Assembly: GCA_003344405.1 (NCBI GenBank)
Contig: NOWV01000127.1
Coordinates: forward strand, 124,001 to 188,000
DNA length: 64,000 nt
Direction of reading: 5' to 3'
Origin: Trichoplax sp. H2
Taxonomy: Eukaryota
The notes beneath the pieces are model-generated. The model searched no databases. It saw nothing but the letters and a program-made list of their open reading frames with translations, and was not told the origin of the DNA. Made by a program: the position numbers and the translations under genes. Shown here piece after piece: positions 25,872-41,100 of the stretch (position 1 is the first letter of the stretch; the number at the start of each line of letters is the position of its first letter).

Positions 25872-26389
25872 TGAACCAATTCTTCTTGAAAGTCGAGCAA
25901 TCACTTTCTGGGTCCACCTGGAGTTCTATGACGATCAAATCAGCAACAACTTGCTCCTTTCCAAGACAGTTTTACAAGGCGGTCAACACTACAACCTAGA
26001 TCGAGCAGATTAATGCTAACTAATACTAACTATAATCAAAAATTAGTCAGATCATCGATAATTATTTCTAATTCATTCTCGATGATGCAATCACGAATCA
26101 GCAAAATGTGCAAAAGTTCACCAGCTTACTTGACTTATATACAGTTATCCTGTATGTGGACAACTGGACATTGTAAGCTACAGTATAGTAGGCGTTTTCC
26201 ACCGGTCGTTTGCTGACAAGCAGTGGTACGGTACTTAACAACATTTCGCTATACTCTAGTATATAATGTAGTATATTGTATAGGACGTAATACTATCTAG
26301 TCTGTTTCATATTGATTTTAGTAAAATCATAAATGCTCCCAAAGCAATCCACTCTCTTCACTTTAAATGGATTTTGAACAGGCACTTGA

Positions 26390-28320
26390 CTAAACTAGTT
26401 TGCAATACGTGTACTGTTTGAATATGCAACGCTCACTTTACCGACTTTGATCGACTGTGCAAGTAGAAGGATTGTGATCGTAGATGTTTAGCATGCTATT
26501 ATTGGTAGATAGATAACGATCTACACTTACAATGTTATCTAAGTCCTGCTAATAGATGTTTATACAGGTGGGCTAGAAAAACGTTGGTATATCAACGCCA
26601 AATTGAGATTCATGTACAGTCTATCAGAAGTATAGTTAGTGCATGCTACAACTGCAATAGCAAAACAAACCACTCACGAATACTGCGAGATCGATCATTA
26701 ATAAATTTCTCCATCGTCCTAATGATTTGAGTTACGCACCAATGTAGTTAACAAAGTCTCTGAGCGTTAGTGTAACCTCAGACAACGAAGTACTAGGATT
26801 GTAAGCCTAACACAAAATCAGATAATAAATGTGCACGGTAACTCAAGTTTATTTTTAAGCAAGCACGAATCTCATATTAACGGAAATCTTTAGATCAAGA
26901 TAAACCTGAACCAATTTACATGAGTTATCCAATCATACACTGACTACTCATCCAAAATGCTTCAAACGCGACTCCACTTGACTTTAGCTAAAAGCAGTTC
27001 AATGCTAATCTTTAGATCAAGATAAAGCTAAACCAGTTTAGATGAGTTATTCAATCATACAATGACAACTCATCCAAAATGTTTCAAACGCGACTCCACT
27101 TAACTTTAGCTAAAAGTAGTTCATTACTTAAATATGGCGATACTGCAGCCAAATGTCAAGAAGACATGCCTGACAATCGCCTAGACTGTAGTCTATAGCT
27201 TCCCCGTTACAAGTCTCGCAACTGAGTTATATTGGATTAGATGATTATTTAGCAAGAAGTTACAAATTTGAACTAGCTCTTGACTAATAAAGTAGTTTGG
27301 AATACGTGTACAGTTTGTATATGGAATCTTTCCCTAGCCGAACTTGACCAACTATGCAAGTAGAGGGATTGTCATCGTGGATGACAGGTGTTTGGCGTAC
27401 AACCATCTCTATACTGTAGCTAACGATATGTTTTTACGATGTTGTCGAAGTCATGCTAATAGATGCTTATGCAGATGAGCTACAAATAAGTTGGTATTTC
27501 AACGCCAGCATGAGATTAAAGTCCAGTCTATGAGAGGTAGGTAGTTGGTGCTCCTCTTGGCAATACAGCAGGTAAATGTTAAGGAAGACATCCCTGACAA
27601 TCGTTTAAACAATAGTCCCGAACGTTCTCGTTACAAGTCTCTCAACTTGGCTATGTTGGATTAAGTAACTACATCAATAGTTTGTTAGCAATAAATTACT
27701 ACAGCATTTCGAACCGTCTCTCAATTAATTAACTAGTTTATAACGCGCGTATACAGTTTATATATGGAATGCTAAGCTTACCGAACTTGATCAGCTATGC
27801 AATTACCGTACAAGTAAAGCGATTGTGATCGGGTTACTGGATGTTTTGCATGAGATCAATTATGTAGATAATGGCATACTGTTATAATGCTGTCTATGTC
27901 TTGCTAATTCATGTTTATATGAATATGTTAGAAATGAGTTAGTATTTCAATGCCAGTTTGAGATTAAAACTTGCTCTATGAGAGACAGTTAATGCACCTC
28001 CTGGCGGTAAATAAGGGTTGGTATGGAATCGTACTGAAGGCGAATGTCAATAGGGAAATGCTTTTCGAAATTTACTTATAGTCCTAACTTTCTTGTTACA
28101 AGTTTCACAACTTAGATACGAGTAGGTTGGATTAAATAATTACACCAACAGTTATTTAGCAATGAGCTACTACTATAATAATAATTCACTATTGTTTTCC
28201 ATAACGAAAATGAGTTCATAACCATTATTATCTTTTTCTGTAATACTAATATTGACATGGAAAGACATCGCAAGCGGCTAAATTAGTTCAACTATACAAT
28301 TAAAGGATCTTGTAACTGTA
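26390..28320. repeat. Decayed long tandem repeat (3-4 units, ~440-bp base period)
   Basis: aactagttt..aatacgtgtac.gttt.....tggaa....ccgaacttga...aagtag..ggattgt.atcg recurs at ~26392, ~27289 and ~27731, and weakly at ~28250. Confidence 0.8.
26885..27123. repeat. Recent 122-bp tandem duplication nested in the older array
   Basis: aatctttagatcaagataaa...ctcatccaaaatg.ttcaaacgcgactccactt.actttagctaaaag.agttca occurs at 26885 and 27007. Confidence 0.9.
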
Positions 28321-29228
28321 AGCTGCTAGCACAGTAACAATTTATCATTGATTTCTATAATGGAAAATGGATTTAATTGATAAAGTATATTTGATCATGT
28401 CATCCTGTAATGCATCACTACTGTAATTAGCTAAAGCCATTACCGTTAACCTAAAGGGAAATACTAGAAGCGTAACAATTATATATGTTAAAATCTGCAG
28501 GGAAGCCGTATAAAATTTCGAAAGGGTACAATATATTTAGATTAAATTGACGAAAATATCACGAAAGTTTTCTAACAGCAAGCTGTTAATATAATAAAAA
28601 TTCATTGTTGCTTCCCAAAATGAAAACAGGTTAATAATCATTTACATCCTTTGAGTAATACAAATATTGACATAGAAAACGTTAGATTACGAGATACGGT
28701 AAATAATTTATTTCCAGTATTACTGGAGAATACTGATTAGAATACCCAATAAGTCTAATCCTGATTGAAGTTCAAGTCGGATTCTCATTCTACTTCATTG
28801 CTTCAATTAACTCTAACAAATCTACACCATAGCCTTTGCTAGTAGTTAGGAATAAGCTTTTAATGACTTTTAAGGCAAAAATATATCCTACAGATTATTC
28901 AGCCTTTTTAATTCACTGTCATTGATTAGCACGTTATTCCATGGATATTGTGCATCGTATAAGAAATAATTGGTCTGTATATTGTCATTTATTCATAAAT
29001 TCACTAATGATTAATGGATGGTACTAACCGTAAGTAGTCATGATTCATTGATGACATTTTTATTGTTCTGTAATATCGTAAGATATGTCTAGACTTTAAA
29101 AATGCGCAAAATTCGTATTTAGAAAAATCTCAGCAACAGTCTCCAGTATGCAATCTTCTGCATAATAGCATGTCAATTATGATAAGGGATGCCAATAAAT
29201 TAATTAAATAGAAAATAATTCATTAGAA

Positions 29229-30226
29229 ATGAATTTTTTAAATTGGGAGAATAAGAAGATAATGACTAATTTAAGTGCCAATCTCTCGCTCTTGAATATA
29301 ACTTCAGCAACGTGCCTTCCAGTCGGCATCATGGGCATACTGACTGATTTCTTCCTTCTCGTCATTATTTCTACATCAAAATCTTTAAAAGATCCGATTT
29401 ATAGGATAATTGCTAATATTATGGTTTGCGATTGTATTAGTTGTCTTCAGTTTTTTGTTATTTTCCTCGGACTTCATCTATTAAAAGATTCAACATTTCA
29501 TACTAGTCAAATTTATTGCAAGACTCTGATGTATTCCATGTATTCGACATATAACGTGTCTGCTCTTAATTTAAAAGCTATTAGCGTTTATCGTTATGAA
29601 GCAGTTGTTAAAGCTTCACGAATTCGTTTTAAAGAGCTTGAGCTGCGAAAGATAAGAAAATTATTAGTATTGATATGGGCTACAAGTTGTCTATTTTCTA
29701 TACCATCGTGTTCTTTAATGAAACAAATTTTCTTATAACTGGTTATTGCGAAATTGGCTATATCCAAAACAATCTGTATTTAACTCTCATTTACTATCTT
29801 ATTGCAACCGTAATCACTTATCTTATACCGTTAATCGCCATGATTGTTAATTATTCAAGATTAATTAGGCGGTTATAAGGATATGTAGCCCCGGGAGAAA
29901 ATCGAATACAAGCTATCCGTCGGTACCATTATCATATTACTAAAATGTTACTAGCCGTTACCACCGCATTTATGCTCTTTAATTGTCCATTATTTGTAAG
30001 CTTTAATTTTCTAGCTGGCAACTTTAAAACCTATTACTTGCTACGGCAGCAAAGCTTCATCTTATATCTAATTTTTTTGCTATAATTGCCTCTAGCTGTG
30101 GTTGTAAGTACTATTAATCCAATATTTTATGTTGCATTCGATAAGAATATCTCCAAAGAGGTTAAACAGATACTATATATTAATTCTAGTAGCCGTATAA
30201 GATCTACCAGGGTTGTTTTAGTTTAA
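29229..30226 (+). pseudogene. Intronless rhodopsin-class GPCR with one frameshift and one premature stop
   Basis: 7TM pattern: GIMGILTD, IANIMVCD, YCK...ISVYRY, LIW..S..FSIP, [frameshift ~29704], YC, YLIPLIAMIVNYSRL, [TAA 29876-29878], KMLLAVTTAFMLFNCP, STINPIFY. Natural stop at 30224-30226. Confidence 0.88.
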
Positions 30227-32153
30227 ACTGATACATAACTCTAATTGTTACTGACACGGATATTAACATTATGTTAATTGAACAATATTGAAAAACTAAG
30301 TCATAATGATATTATCTATCGCAATCACAACGTAATTTTAATCAATATTGGCAAGATTAATAATAAAACTTGAAACAATTATTATAATGATTTATTAATC
30401 AAGCGATAAATTCTTTCCATTAGCACCTAGAATAATATTAGAAGTCCTTTAATTGTAATATTAGTGTATGATTAAAAAATAGACTCAGTTTATAATTGAA
30501 ATTACCATACCTTATGGCCTAAACTTCGTGGAATTAGGCTAAACAGGGTTAGAGAAGAGAATATATTCAGTGTTCTATCGTTATTGTAAATGACTAATAG
30601 GGTTTGTTCGGATCAGATTGAAAGATTATAAAAATAATTCGGGTAATGAGTATATTATAATTTATAACTGAAGCTCCATTGTAATATCATGAAGAATGAC
30701 GAAATGGAGCTAACTGGGCTTCTAGATTTGCTTTTAAAGTAGAAAAAGTGGATACAGCTGTAACTATTTACAATTTTTGTCTTCTTAACTGCAACTCAAA
30801 TTAAGTGTGGTATTTAAAAAATACAGTTCGCGCAATTATATAAGCCTTAATACTGTATAAAACTTCAAAATCTTACTAACTTTAAAATTAATAGTCATCA
30901 TCTGGTCCATTAATGTCTCCGACTTGTACATATTTCCAATATAATCCACAAATATTAAAAATGTAAAGAAGTTCCAATCAGTTATTATTAGTATATTGCA
31001 TTGCATTTCGTGATCCCCAGCCTTCGCTAGGGATGACGACAAATTATACACTAGTAACAACAGTATCATCACGCAGTTTTAATTTCCTTCATAAAAATAA
31101 TAATTTTTCCGATAGCAATTGCGGCTCCCTTACTGTAAATATTCATCCAAAAGTAGCTCATTCCGTTCAGAAGTGTAAAATGTTAGTTAAATTTTAAATA
31201 TTTTTATTGTATGGTATAAAGCAAATAAGATACTAACCGATAAGACAATAAGCTGCTACGTACTTTTGTAACGTAAAGAACGGCTGGAAATAGCAGCATA
31301 TTTTAGCAGTATTACTACCTGAGCGAGCTGGCTTTTAATAGATTTAATGTGTTATATGCTTTTGCTTTAGTTCTTGTTACAAACTGAACTTTACAACAAG
31401 AAAATATAAACTACTAATACCACGAGTTTATTGTTCAACTTGCCCTCTCGGTGTTTGTTCATATCGCAACTCATTTACTAACGATATCGTATCATCGTGA
31501 GGCCACCGTAACTACACAAATCTCTAAGACCATATTCTGAAACTTAAATTTTATTGGAAAGCCAATTAATGCACCGGGTAACTACGTCAATAACATCATC
31601 ATTGGATAAAATTATAATAATGTACTATGATGAATAGACAATACAAATATTCTCAAAAGATACGCAGTAGCTCTATCTAATGACAAGCATGAATCTACGT
31701 CATATGGAAGCGACATAAAAATTAGCTCTAAGACACTTTACCGTAATTTATTTTGTCACAATCCATTATCTATTACAATATTGTTGGTCTATGGACATAT
31801 CTTCAGAGAAACAATATCATTTTATGCTACAATCAGTAATGTCGGTAAAATGTGAGAATATCGTAAGTTAGGGGGATTGTTGGTATAAGTTAATAGCTGA
31901 GTATGCCATACATTAGTTAAAATGACCATAAGATAATTTCTTTACTGACAAACATACTGTGTAGAATTGCTTATTATTATTATTGAGGACGGGGTTAAAA
32001 AATATCAGAGCGATTGATGGCTATACTAGTATGGATTAAAAATGTTAAATTAAGTAATCCGTGTTTAATATAGCACTGCACAAGTTGTACTATGAATTGA
32101 TTGTTCGAATAGCGATTGCAGTCTTGACTGTTAGAGAATTTGTAAAATCCTTA

Positions 32154-35100
32154 TCAAAATCTAGTGAATAGTTGGTTTTGTTGATCATGTAGATTCATAA
32201 GCTTTTTCTTCATAATTGCTGGCTTAGATTGGACTCGATTTCTTGATCTCCTAAATGAGTTTCCTAAACGGGCAGCCGGACGAATAAATAATCCTTTAAT
32301 TACGGCTGCATTTGTAAAGGTATATAGGAATGGATTAAGGGCAGAATTAACAGGCAATGCAAAAATACCAACAAATTGTAATGTAACAACATCAACACTG
32401 TCGTTGCTAAAGATAGCATAACTGTTAACTACATAATAAGGTACCCAACTAATTAAATCGGTTAACAGTATGACCGATAGACGCCATGCGAGTGATTTGT
32501 TTTCCTTAGTAGGTGATCTTCCGGCTGCTTTACGGGTATTTTGGGCTGAGATAAACATTCCAATATAAAGTGAAGAAGTAATTATCCAAGCAATAATAGT
32601 CGTGGTTATATAGGATATCATCCAGATGCGATATAGAGGGTGCTCATAATTGCTTGGCATGCACATGCTATTATAGGTATATAATCGCTCAGGACCAGGT
32701 TTATCGGTACTGAATAGTGCTGGCACAATTGCAAATGCAAAGCCTATTAGCCATGCCATACCAGTGATCATTTGAGCTGTATACCTGCTCAATTTTTTTC
32801 CTTTGATCCCATAAACGATAGCGATAAATCTATCGATACTGATAATTATCATTAGAAACACAGATACAATACTTGATGTAGTCACAAAAACACAGGATGC
32901 TACACATAGACCACTTCGTAGCCAATTTTCAGATTGTAGACCGTATTGACCTTGGCCGCTATAAATTAAATTAGCGGTCGCAATTATGAATAAATATATA
33001 GACATGATAAAATCGGATAGTGCTAGATTATTGATTAAGAATATGTGAACTTTCTTTTTAGTCTTTTGGCTAAGAAATTGATTTCGTGCAATAACCATAA
33101 TGTTGCCAAAAAATGCCAGAGAACCAATAACCCATACAAAAGTTTGTAATGAAACATGAGCAAGGAGATGTTGACACGATGATAAAGTATCAGATATCAT
33201 CGATGGCTTACACGTTGTAATTTTAGCAGGTATAAAGCAGCAAAAGTAAGGACGATTTGTTAGCCTATTGAGACATATCGTAGTAAAGAGGATGGTACAT
33301 TTTAAGTTCTGATGTCGATGCAAATGTACTATTTGAAAGTAGGATAGTTGGTTAGCTATTGTTATTTTGACTTACGTTTCTTCCAACTTAGATGGACCAA
33401 AGAAGGATTCTCGAGATATATGTGCTAAAGAATTCATTCGTAAATCTCTAAAAATTGCAGATAGTAAATGTCTTATCATTGGAAGATGCGGTAAAGATTA
33501 CCTCGTGTAATGAAATAAAGGTATGGACATAATAGTGTTAGCAAAAAGTTACTTCCTGAACCAATATAGTATACGAATCGGATATTTACAAAATATCATA
33601 ATACTGTACAATATAAAGGTCACTAATATGGTACAGCTTTTGAATTATTTCAAAGTTAGTCCAGTATATGAACGGCTTTGCATGATGTATGTGCAAGTTA
33701 AGTCTCAATTTTTACAAAACAAAGCGTAGTAGATAAAATTATCAGTGAAAAATATAGAGTATTAAAAGTAATATAATTTGTTCATTGATTGTGTTCAACA
33801 TCAGTGAATATTCAGTATAACAATCTTTTTCACCTAATAATCAAAGCTAAAATTGTTTGCTTGCTCATACCGTGATGAGAATGCTACTACCTGTTCATAA
33901 CAACGTCGTTTTATAGTTATAGCACAAAAAATATTAAGTAAAAGGAGCAATGGTAGTAGTACTAAAATGGTGCCATTCTGTCTTTGTTGAACTTACAATT
34001 TTTGCAGGCTTGATAGTCCTTTAAAGCATCTCTTATCGATCCTGTCAATCTTGTTTCCGCTAGCATCACTTTAATCAATTTACGATTTGATAATTTTTAG
34101 TCAATAATCTTTGTTTTTACTACTACCAACAAAAATTAACCTAAATTTCTAAAATGATTATTAAATACCCACATTTCGATTATATTGAGAAACTGTCCAG
34201 CAAAATCTAGATTTGGGCCACATATTATCTTGATTCGATTATTGGAAATATTGCTGATTCAGAGAGATAAAGGTATTAGATCCATGCTTCTTAATATACT
34301 CTGTCAGTCTTAATATCGTGATACTATCGTTTTCTAGTTATGAAATAAATCTACGAGGGCTACCGGTACTGCCTTCGGATTTCGAGGTTAAAAATCTAAT
34401 CATGAGTATATATTTTGCATTACATACATTACATTACATACATTATACTTACAGCTTTTTCAGCTTTTCAAATCTAACTAATTTTGTAACTTTAAATCCT
34501 GTTAGATTATTGTTTGCAAGACTCCTGCAATAAATATTCGGATATTATAGCAAAAATTGCATATACGCTTATTTCTCTAAAAGCTCCTATCGCGTAAAAT
34601 GAGAGCTTAATCATAAATCACCATATTTACACAAGTCACTTTAATAACTGCAGTAAATAGGCCGCATATGAATTATGTAGAAATTACATATTATAATAGC
34701 CAAGAATGGCTTTGATGTCGCAGTAGACAGTCCGTGATTGCAACAACAGCTAATTAAATATAGCTGAACCAACTCTGTCAAAAAGTCTTATAACTGAGTG
34801 CCACTGTACTTAGTAAATAGTGTATTCTTCCTACGTAACTTACTACCACAGACATTAGACTGTTCTAAACGGTTGTACTCTAGCTTTTGTTTCTTTAGTT
34901 TGATATAATGGTAGGAGTATCACTTTACATTAGGTAAATGAAGTTTGTAAGACTTAAGATCATAATAAGGATCTATTCTGATGTGTGACAATTGTCCACT
35001 ATTCTTTAAATAGATGTATCTGATATTTTTTACATTAATTTGGAATATGAGTAGTTAAATCATCTTACAATTCCATTAACACATTTGCATCATTGACAGA

Positions 35101-38100
35101 GATGTCGACCATATCAAATTCGCTTAAGTTGTTGTGATTTAATGATCTGTTAATTTAGAAATATTAAAATAATCCGCCGATAAATCTTTAGTAAGGTTTT
35201 GAAATACCATCATTATCTATTTAGATCATGGCAATAAATTTCAATTCAAAGTTAGTAGTGGTAGCGAGCTAGAAAGGTAACTCTCACGTAATATTATGTA
35301 ATGTTAAGTTAAGATACTTACATAATTCTGAGACCATCAAAATAAAAGGCTTTTCTTGGAATTTTCAAAATGTTACATTTATTTAATTGGCTGTAAAGGA
35401 TTTAGATATTAAAGTTAGAACTGGTAGCACCATATAAATATGTGATGAATCATTCTATTTTTTATGACCTAAATTTATTTCGATACTTAAGAAAATTAGT
35501 ACTTTAGTTCTTAATATTTAAAACTGAATGTTACGCACAATTTATGACTTAAAAATCTTTGATATGGAATCATAAGTACGCAAAATTTTAATTTTATGGT
35601 CTTTCAGCTATTACTCGTTCATAAAAATTTTCCAGTTTCTACGTATACATGTATAACTTTCAAAATGCTTCAATCATTTTTGGTACTATTTATAACCCCT
35701 ACTTAGCAACACTTTTGAAGACTAGATTTAATTAGCTAAGTGAGTTGAAATAATAATTTGGTTTTCAATTTGCGTTTAAATTGATTTAATGGTGACTGTT
35801 TGTACATGTTAAGCTGTATACTTTTATGTCTAGCCTAACTTGATCCTAATATTTAACTTTTCGATAATAACGACACATTCTGTAAACATTTCTAATTCCT
35901 GTAAGGCGCCTATTATTATCCTCGTATTATGCATCATAATAAACTCCTGACATACCTATAAATGGAATGTCAGTAGTTATTTATGGTTCTGGTCAGATAT
36001 AAACTGGATTTATTTTATTTCTCTGGCTCTATATTTATGACTTGAATCAACTGTAAGTACATGAATGCTGAGTTTTTATTAATTATGTGTTTGTTACACA
36101 TTCACTTTACCGGATTTAAATTTAGATGTTTTTGCATGTTAAGAGTAATTTTGATCTAAAACTATTGTCAATATTATCATGGATGTAAAATTGTGATGTG
36201 AATTCGCTAATGGATTTGCATTAACGACTGTGATGCTTTTAGATGACGATGATAAAGATATAACGTAATTACTATGAATGCAAAGTATAAAGTTTAAGAT
36301 GGATATTGTCTCACTTTTAGTATAAGATGTTAGATTGCTAACTTCTTAATTGGGCTAAATGTGCTAGCACTCATTATCAATTAATACATATGTGCCCTAT
36401 AATAAGTATTATAAAACTAAGTCTATAGAAAAGTATGTTAATTGTATAAGCCTAAGAATTAATTGTTTTGTACCAGAAAGCTTGGCAAATGTATAAAAGA
36501 GGATTCATTTATTTAATATAACAGTGAGGTAATTGCAGTTGCTGAGTAGAGTACGCTATCATCGACAAAGATCTCATTAAGTAATCACCAAAAAGCTTTT
36601 TGTCTGTGACTTACTATTGCCTAAGATTATGCACTAGGTCAGTGAAGTTTGTGGCGCTTAGTAGTAGGGATACTGTACCATAAAAACTAACGGTAGTGAA
36701 ATAGGGAGTTTTTTAAATGTCGCAAACGCGGTTGTGATGATGTTGTAATTTCGATCGTTTGATTTAATTACTACTATAAAGTACTAGTGACATTGAAAAA
36801 GTTCTTGGAAATATTGTCTAGAGATATATCTTGTACCGTTATTTTCTTGTCTAAGTGCTACCTAGAACTGCGTTGTATTTCTTAAAGCACAATAATACTA
36901 TATAAAGAAGTACTTTAAACTTTGAAACATTACAAGAAACTGTATGAAGATTGTACGGTCTAAAATATCAAAAATGATTATCTCGTTTATCTTAGCCAAG
37001 GATCAAATCCGCTTTGTATGAATTTCTAGTGAAGGATGTAGCATAGAGTGTAGTCTCATTTTGTATAATTTTATATGAAATTATAATAGCTTTAGAAATT
37101 GGCTAAATCTTGTTCGGATTATTTTAGTCACTTTCGACAGTTGGGAAATAAAGTACTAGTACGACGGATCTTGTATAGATGTTTAATAAATCTTCAAAAA
37201 TTAAAGACTATATATACGTGTATATATTATGGTTATCATTATTGTGAGATAAGGTAGAGTTTTGATAATTTAGCAAATAAGGCAAATTTAATCGGATTGA
37301 AGTGAGCAAGATGAAAGAGTTACGAATTTCGATTTAAGATAGCTAACCTAATAAGAAGAGATAATTATCAAGGATTGGCGATCCTATCTAGTGCAAGTAG
37401 CGCTATGTTTTGATCATCTGATTACTATCATATTTCTTTATATTCCGATTATATAAGATTCTATATTAGATATTTAGCCGATTCACAAACAGTTTTGTGT
37501 ATCCGCAAATTATACTATGCAATATTGATTTCATCTGATCCCTGCGTTTCTTTAATTAATTTTAAATTTACACACATTGGCGTAGCTGCAGCTACTAAGA
37601 AATCTACATGTAAGATCGTTTACTAATAGCCTATAGTGCAAAGTGCATATCTAGATTACAGTGCTTTATGGACCTTACTTTTTGCATATTCCATGTTAGT
37701 ATTATTACTTAGCCATGTTTTTGTTATACGATATGAACATGTTAATAATACATTCTGTTATTTAATGATATTCTAACTATAATGTATAGCATTTCTTTAT
37801 CTAACATCTTCTATTTCTGTTGTTATTTATGAGTTACAGATTCAATAAATACCAGTCATTCTTGTTTTGAAAGTAACTCTAGTATTCAATAGTTCTGAAC
37901 TCTCAAGTAGTTGATTCTTTTCGAACAAACTACGCTTCAACTTTTCTATATTTCATCTCATTTTACTTGACAGAGTTCATATATGCATAACATAGCCGAA
38001 TAACCGAATAATCTAATTAACTAAGCATTCTAACAAATGCTAAAAGCAAGTTATCGTAAGAATATAGAGATATATCAGAGGAATATGCTATTATTTAATC

Positions 38101-41100
38101 TAATCTACTATTAAACTCTCATTCGATTTATTTAAATATAAAATTAATGATTCTATCAACTATTTTCTGTATTTATGAATAAAGTACATAGCTGCATACT
38201 TATTCTCATACTGTCCAGTTGTTATTATTAGTCAGTGTTATTAACAAATACAGTGTAATAGAAACTAACCTTTTGCGGGATAGAGTAAAATATTCCTTAT
38301 TTTGACTACTTACATGCCAGTTAGGAATGGCCCAACACGGTCGTATAAATCTCTCAGGAAGGAATTTAATATTATTGGATTATCACTCACATCTCTATAC
38401 GCTCAAAAATAAATACAGATACGATCGTTAACATTTTCCTGATGGTATATCTTTTAAGTTATAAATATCTAATGAAAGCTCAGTAAAATAAACTGGTGAT
38501 ATCAAATGGAATATCGTCTAAATTATATATAGCTAATGATAAAAATTAGTAAATAAAACTGGCGATATCTTGTTTTTCAATTAATAACATTACAAATTTT
38601 AGATCCTTAGTAATTATATCATTGTTTTATGTACATACAGTTTTAAGTTTTTCATAGTCGGCATTCCGTTAATAATTCCAGCCCAATTATTCCCTGCTAA
38701 TTTCCTATGAAAGTAATCGACAAGGCAAATCATTAAATTTGTATAAGCGTATCAATACTTATAGTTAGAGTTTACTTTGTAAAGAGATTTATATCATAAA
38801 TAGGCTCTATAGTGGCTTGCTATCTAAGTAAATTAATAACGACCCTAATCTGAAGTCAGATCACCAGCGTATTACTTCGTAAAACGTACAAGTCATTAAT
38901 CAGCTTTAATTTTTCAAGCAAGTCTTTCTGCATATTTATTCCGTTTGTAATCAAATTGGTATAGCTCATATCACTATCGAATAAATACAAAAGCAAATGG
39001 GTCACTTAATTCCAAATGCGTATCAAATAAATCATAACAAGTTATTTATGGAGAGGTTCAATCAGTAACCTACATTTTGGTAACTTGATAGAATAACTGA
39101 TCACAATTAGGATCAAACTTTTTGATATTATTATTTGCTAAAATTCTTAAATTAGCCAATTAAGCATAATAATTAGAGAGTAATATTTCCAGAAATAATT
39201 AGCTTTCAATTTAAATACTTAAGGGTGACCGTAGTTAGTAACAGTATCATCAATAAAGAGAAATTGTTAAATGAATTTATTATTACTTACATAGATTTTA
39301 GTATTGCAGGCAATCCTGAGCAGTTCAAGTATTTGATGTTGTTTCTCGCTAAATTGCTATAATAAAAGTAGACTTGAGAATTCTATAAGAATACGATTTC
39401 ATAAATGATACGGTACAGATGTAAGATTTTTTACTCTAGGTTTGATATTATAACATAAAAAGCTACGAAATAGTAATTATATTGAAAATTTAGACGAAGA
39501 ATTTAAATATTCGCGTTCCCTGTTACAAGTACAAATCTTTAGATTTTATTCGTCCTATTTTCACTTACAGCTTTTCAAGAAAAGTTAATCCCAGATTATC
39601 TTGATCAGACAGTGTTATAGCATTATTACTTAAATCTCTAAAAAAAGAATTTTAGTATGCCTGAGCTTCTAGATCATTCATTTACTATATAGTAACCGAA
39701 ATGGTTATTTATTTAGCTCACAGAATTCTTAAATTTTTGTAACGCGAAAATAATTTGTTTCCCAGCATCGTAATGTAATTGTTGCTTAAATATCTGAAAC
39801 AAAGTCACTTCAATTAATTTAGGAAGCTACACGCATAAAATTTACTACCATTGTGATTACATACGTTTAGAATTGTATATAGACTAAATTTATGAATATT
39901 CCTAATTTGCACTTACAATTGGCTCAGATACGGCAGTTTCACTTTAAAAATTTTACCAACATTTCTAATATTATTGTAATTTAAGTTCCTTGTATACCGA
40001 AATATCATGAAGATATAAAATGATAAGGAATAACTGGGCTTAGCTACAAATGAAGTAATACAATTTGTCTTACAATATCCGTATGTTGCTTAATCCTCCC
40101 AAAAAGGTATTTTGATGATCGGATATATGATTATGATGTAGATATCTGAATCATATATAGACGTTATGAATTAATTTATCAGGTAATCATAAATATTTTA
40201 CTACAGTTAGCAGTATATATTTTCCTGTGTTCTTACAAACTATTTAACATCGTATTTTTAAAAACATTTTCTGGCAATGTTCCAATGTGGTTGTAACCAA
40301 GGTATCTGTTAAACATAAATGTAATTATACTGTACTTTAAAAGATATATTTTTCTTTCATGCCATTCTCTCTGGATGAAAAGATTGTTCAGCACTATAAA
40401 TTTGTTGATAGCTACTCATATACTTTATAAATGAGTACAATTAATTTATTAAATAATAAAATATTCTCAAGATTCATATTAACAATCGGCGCTTAGAAAT
40501 ATAATCATTGAATGTGACATAAATGACGATCATAAGACGTCTTGTGCAGTCAATCGAGTACAATTTTGTAACGGTAGTGAATCTACTGTGATGAATGATA
40601 TCTTACTTAATTTAGACACGTACATGTATCACGATAAGATAGTTATCAATTTGGATATGTGCATGAATTATTTTATGACTTAATTAATATAGCCGATACA
40701 AACCTGTTCCTAATACAGGCTAAATTACACTAAATATAGTATATGAATTGTCAATGGTAAATTCAATATAAATCCTGTTAATTATAAGCTAGTGAAAACA
40801 TAAAGTTAATATATCGTAATATTACAAAGTCATTGGATTAGGCTAGGAATAATTTAATGTATTCACTAAGTCTTATTGGTCGAAATATATCACACATCGT
40901 AAACCGATTTTATGGCTAGAATAGCTATTTTAATGATTGATTTAGAATATTAAATTAGACTCGTATTTTCTAGAATAAAGATATAATTAGAAGATTCCGA
41001 AAGTGCATTTCTTAGTTATTGTTACTTATCTAGGGTAATCTAATTAGTTTAGATTAGGCAAGTTTGGTTAAGTAACACATTTATACTTTTACAAAGTTAC

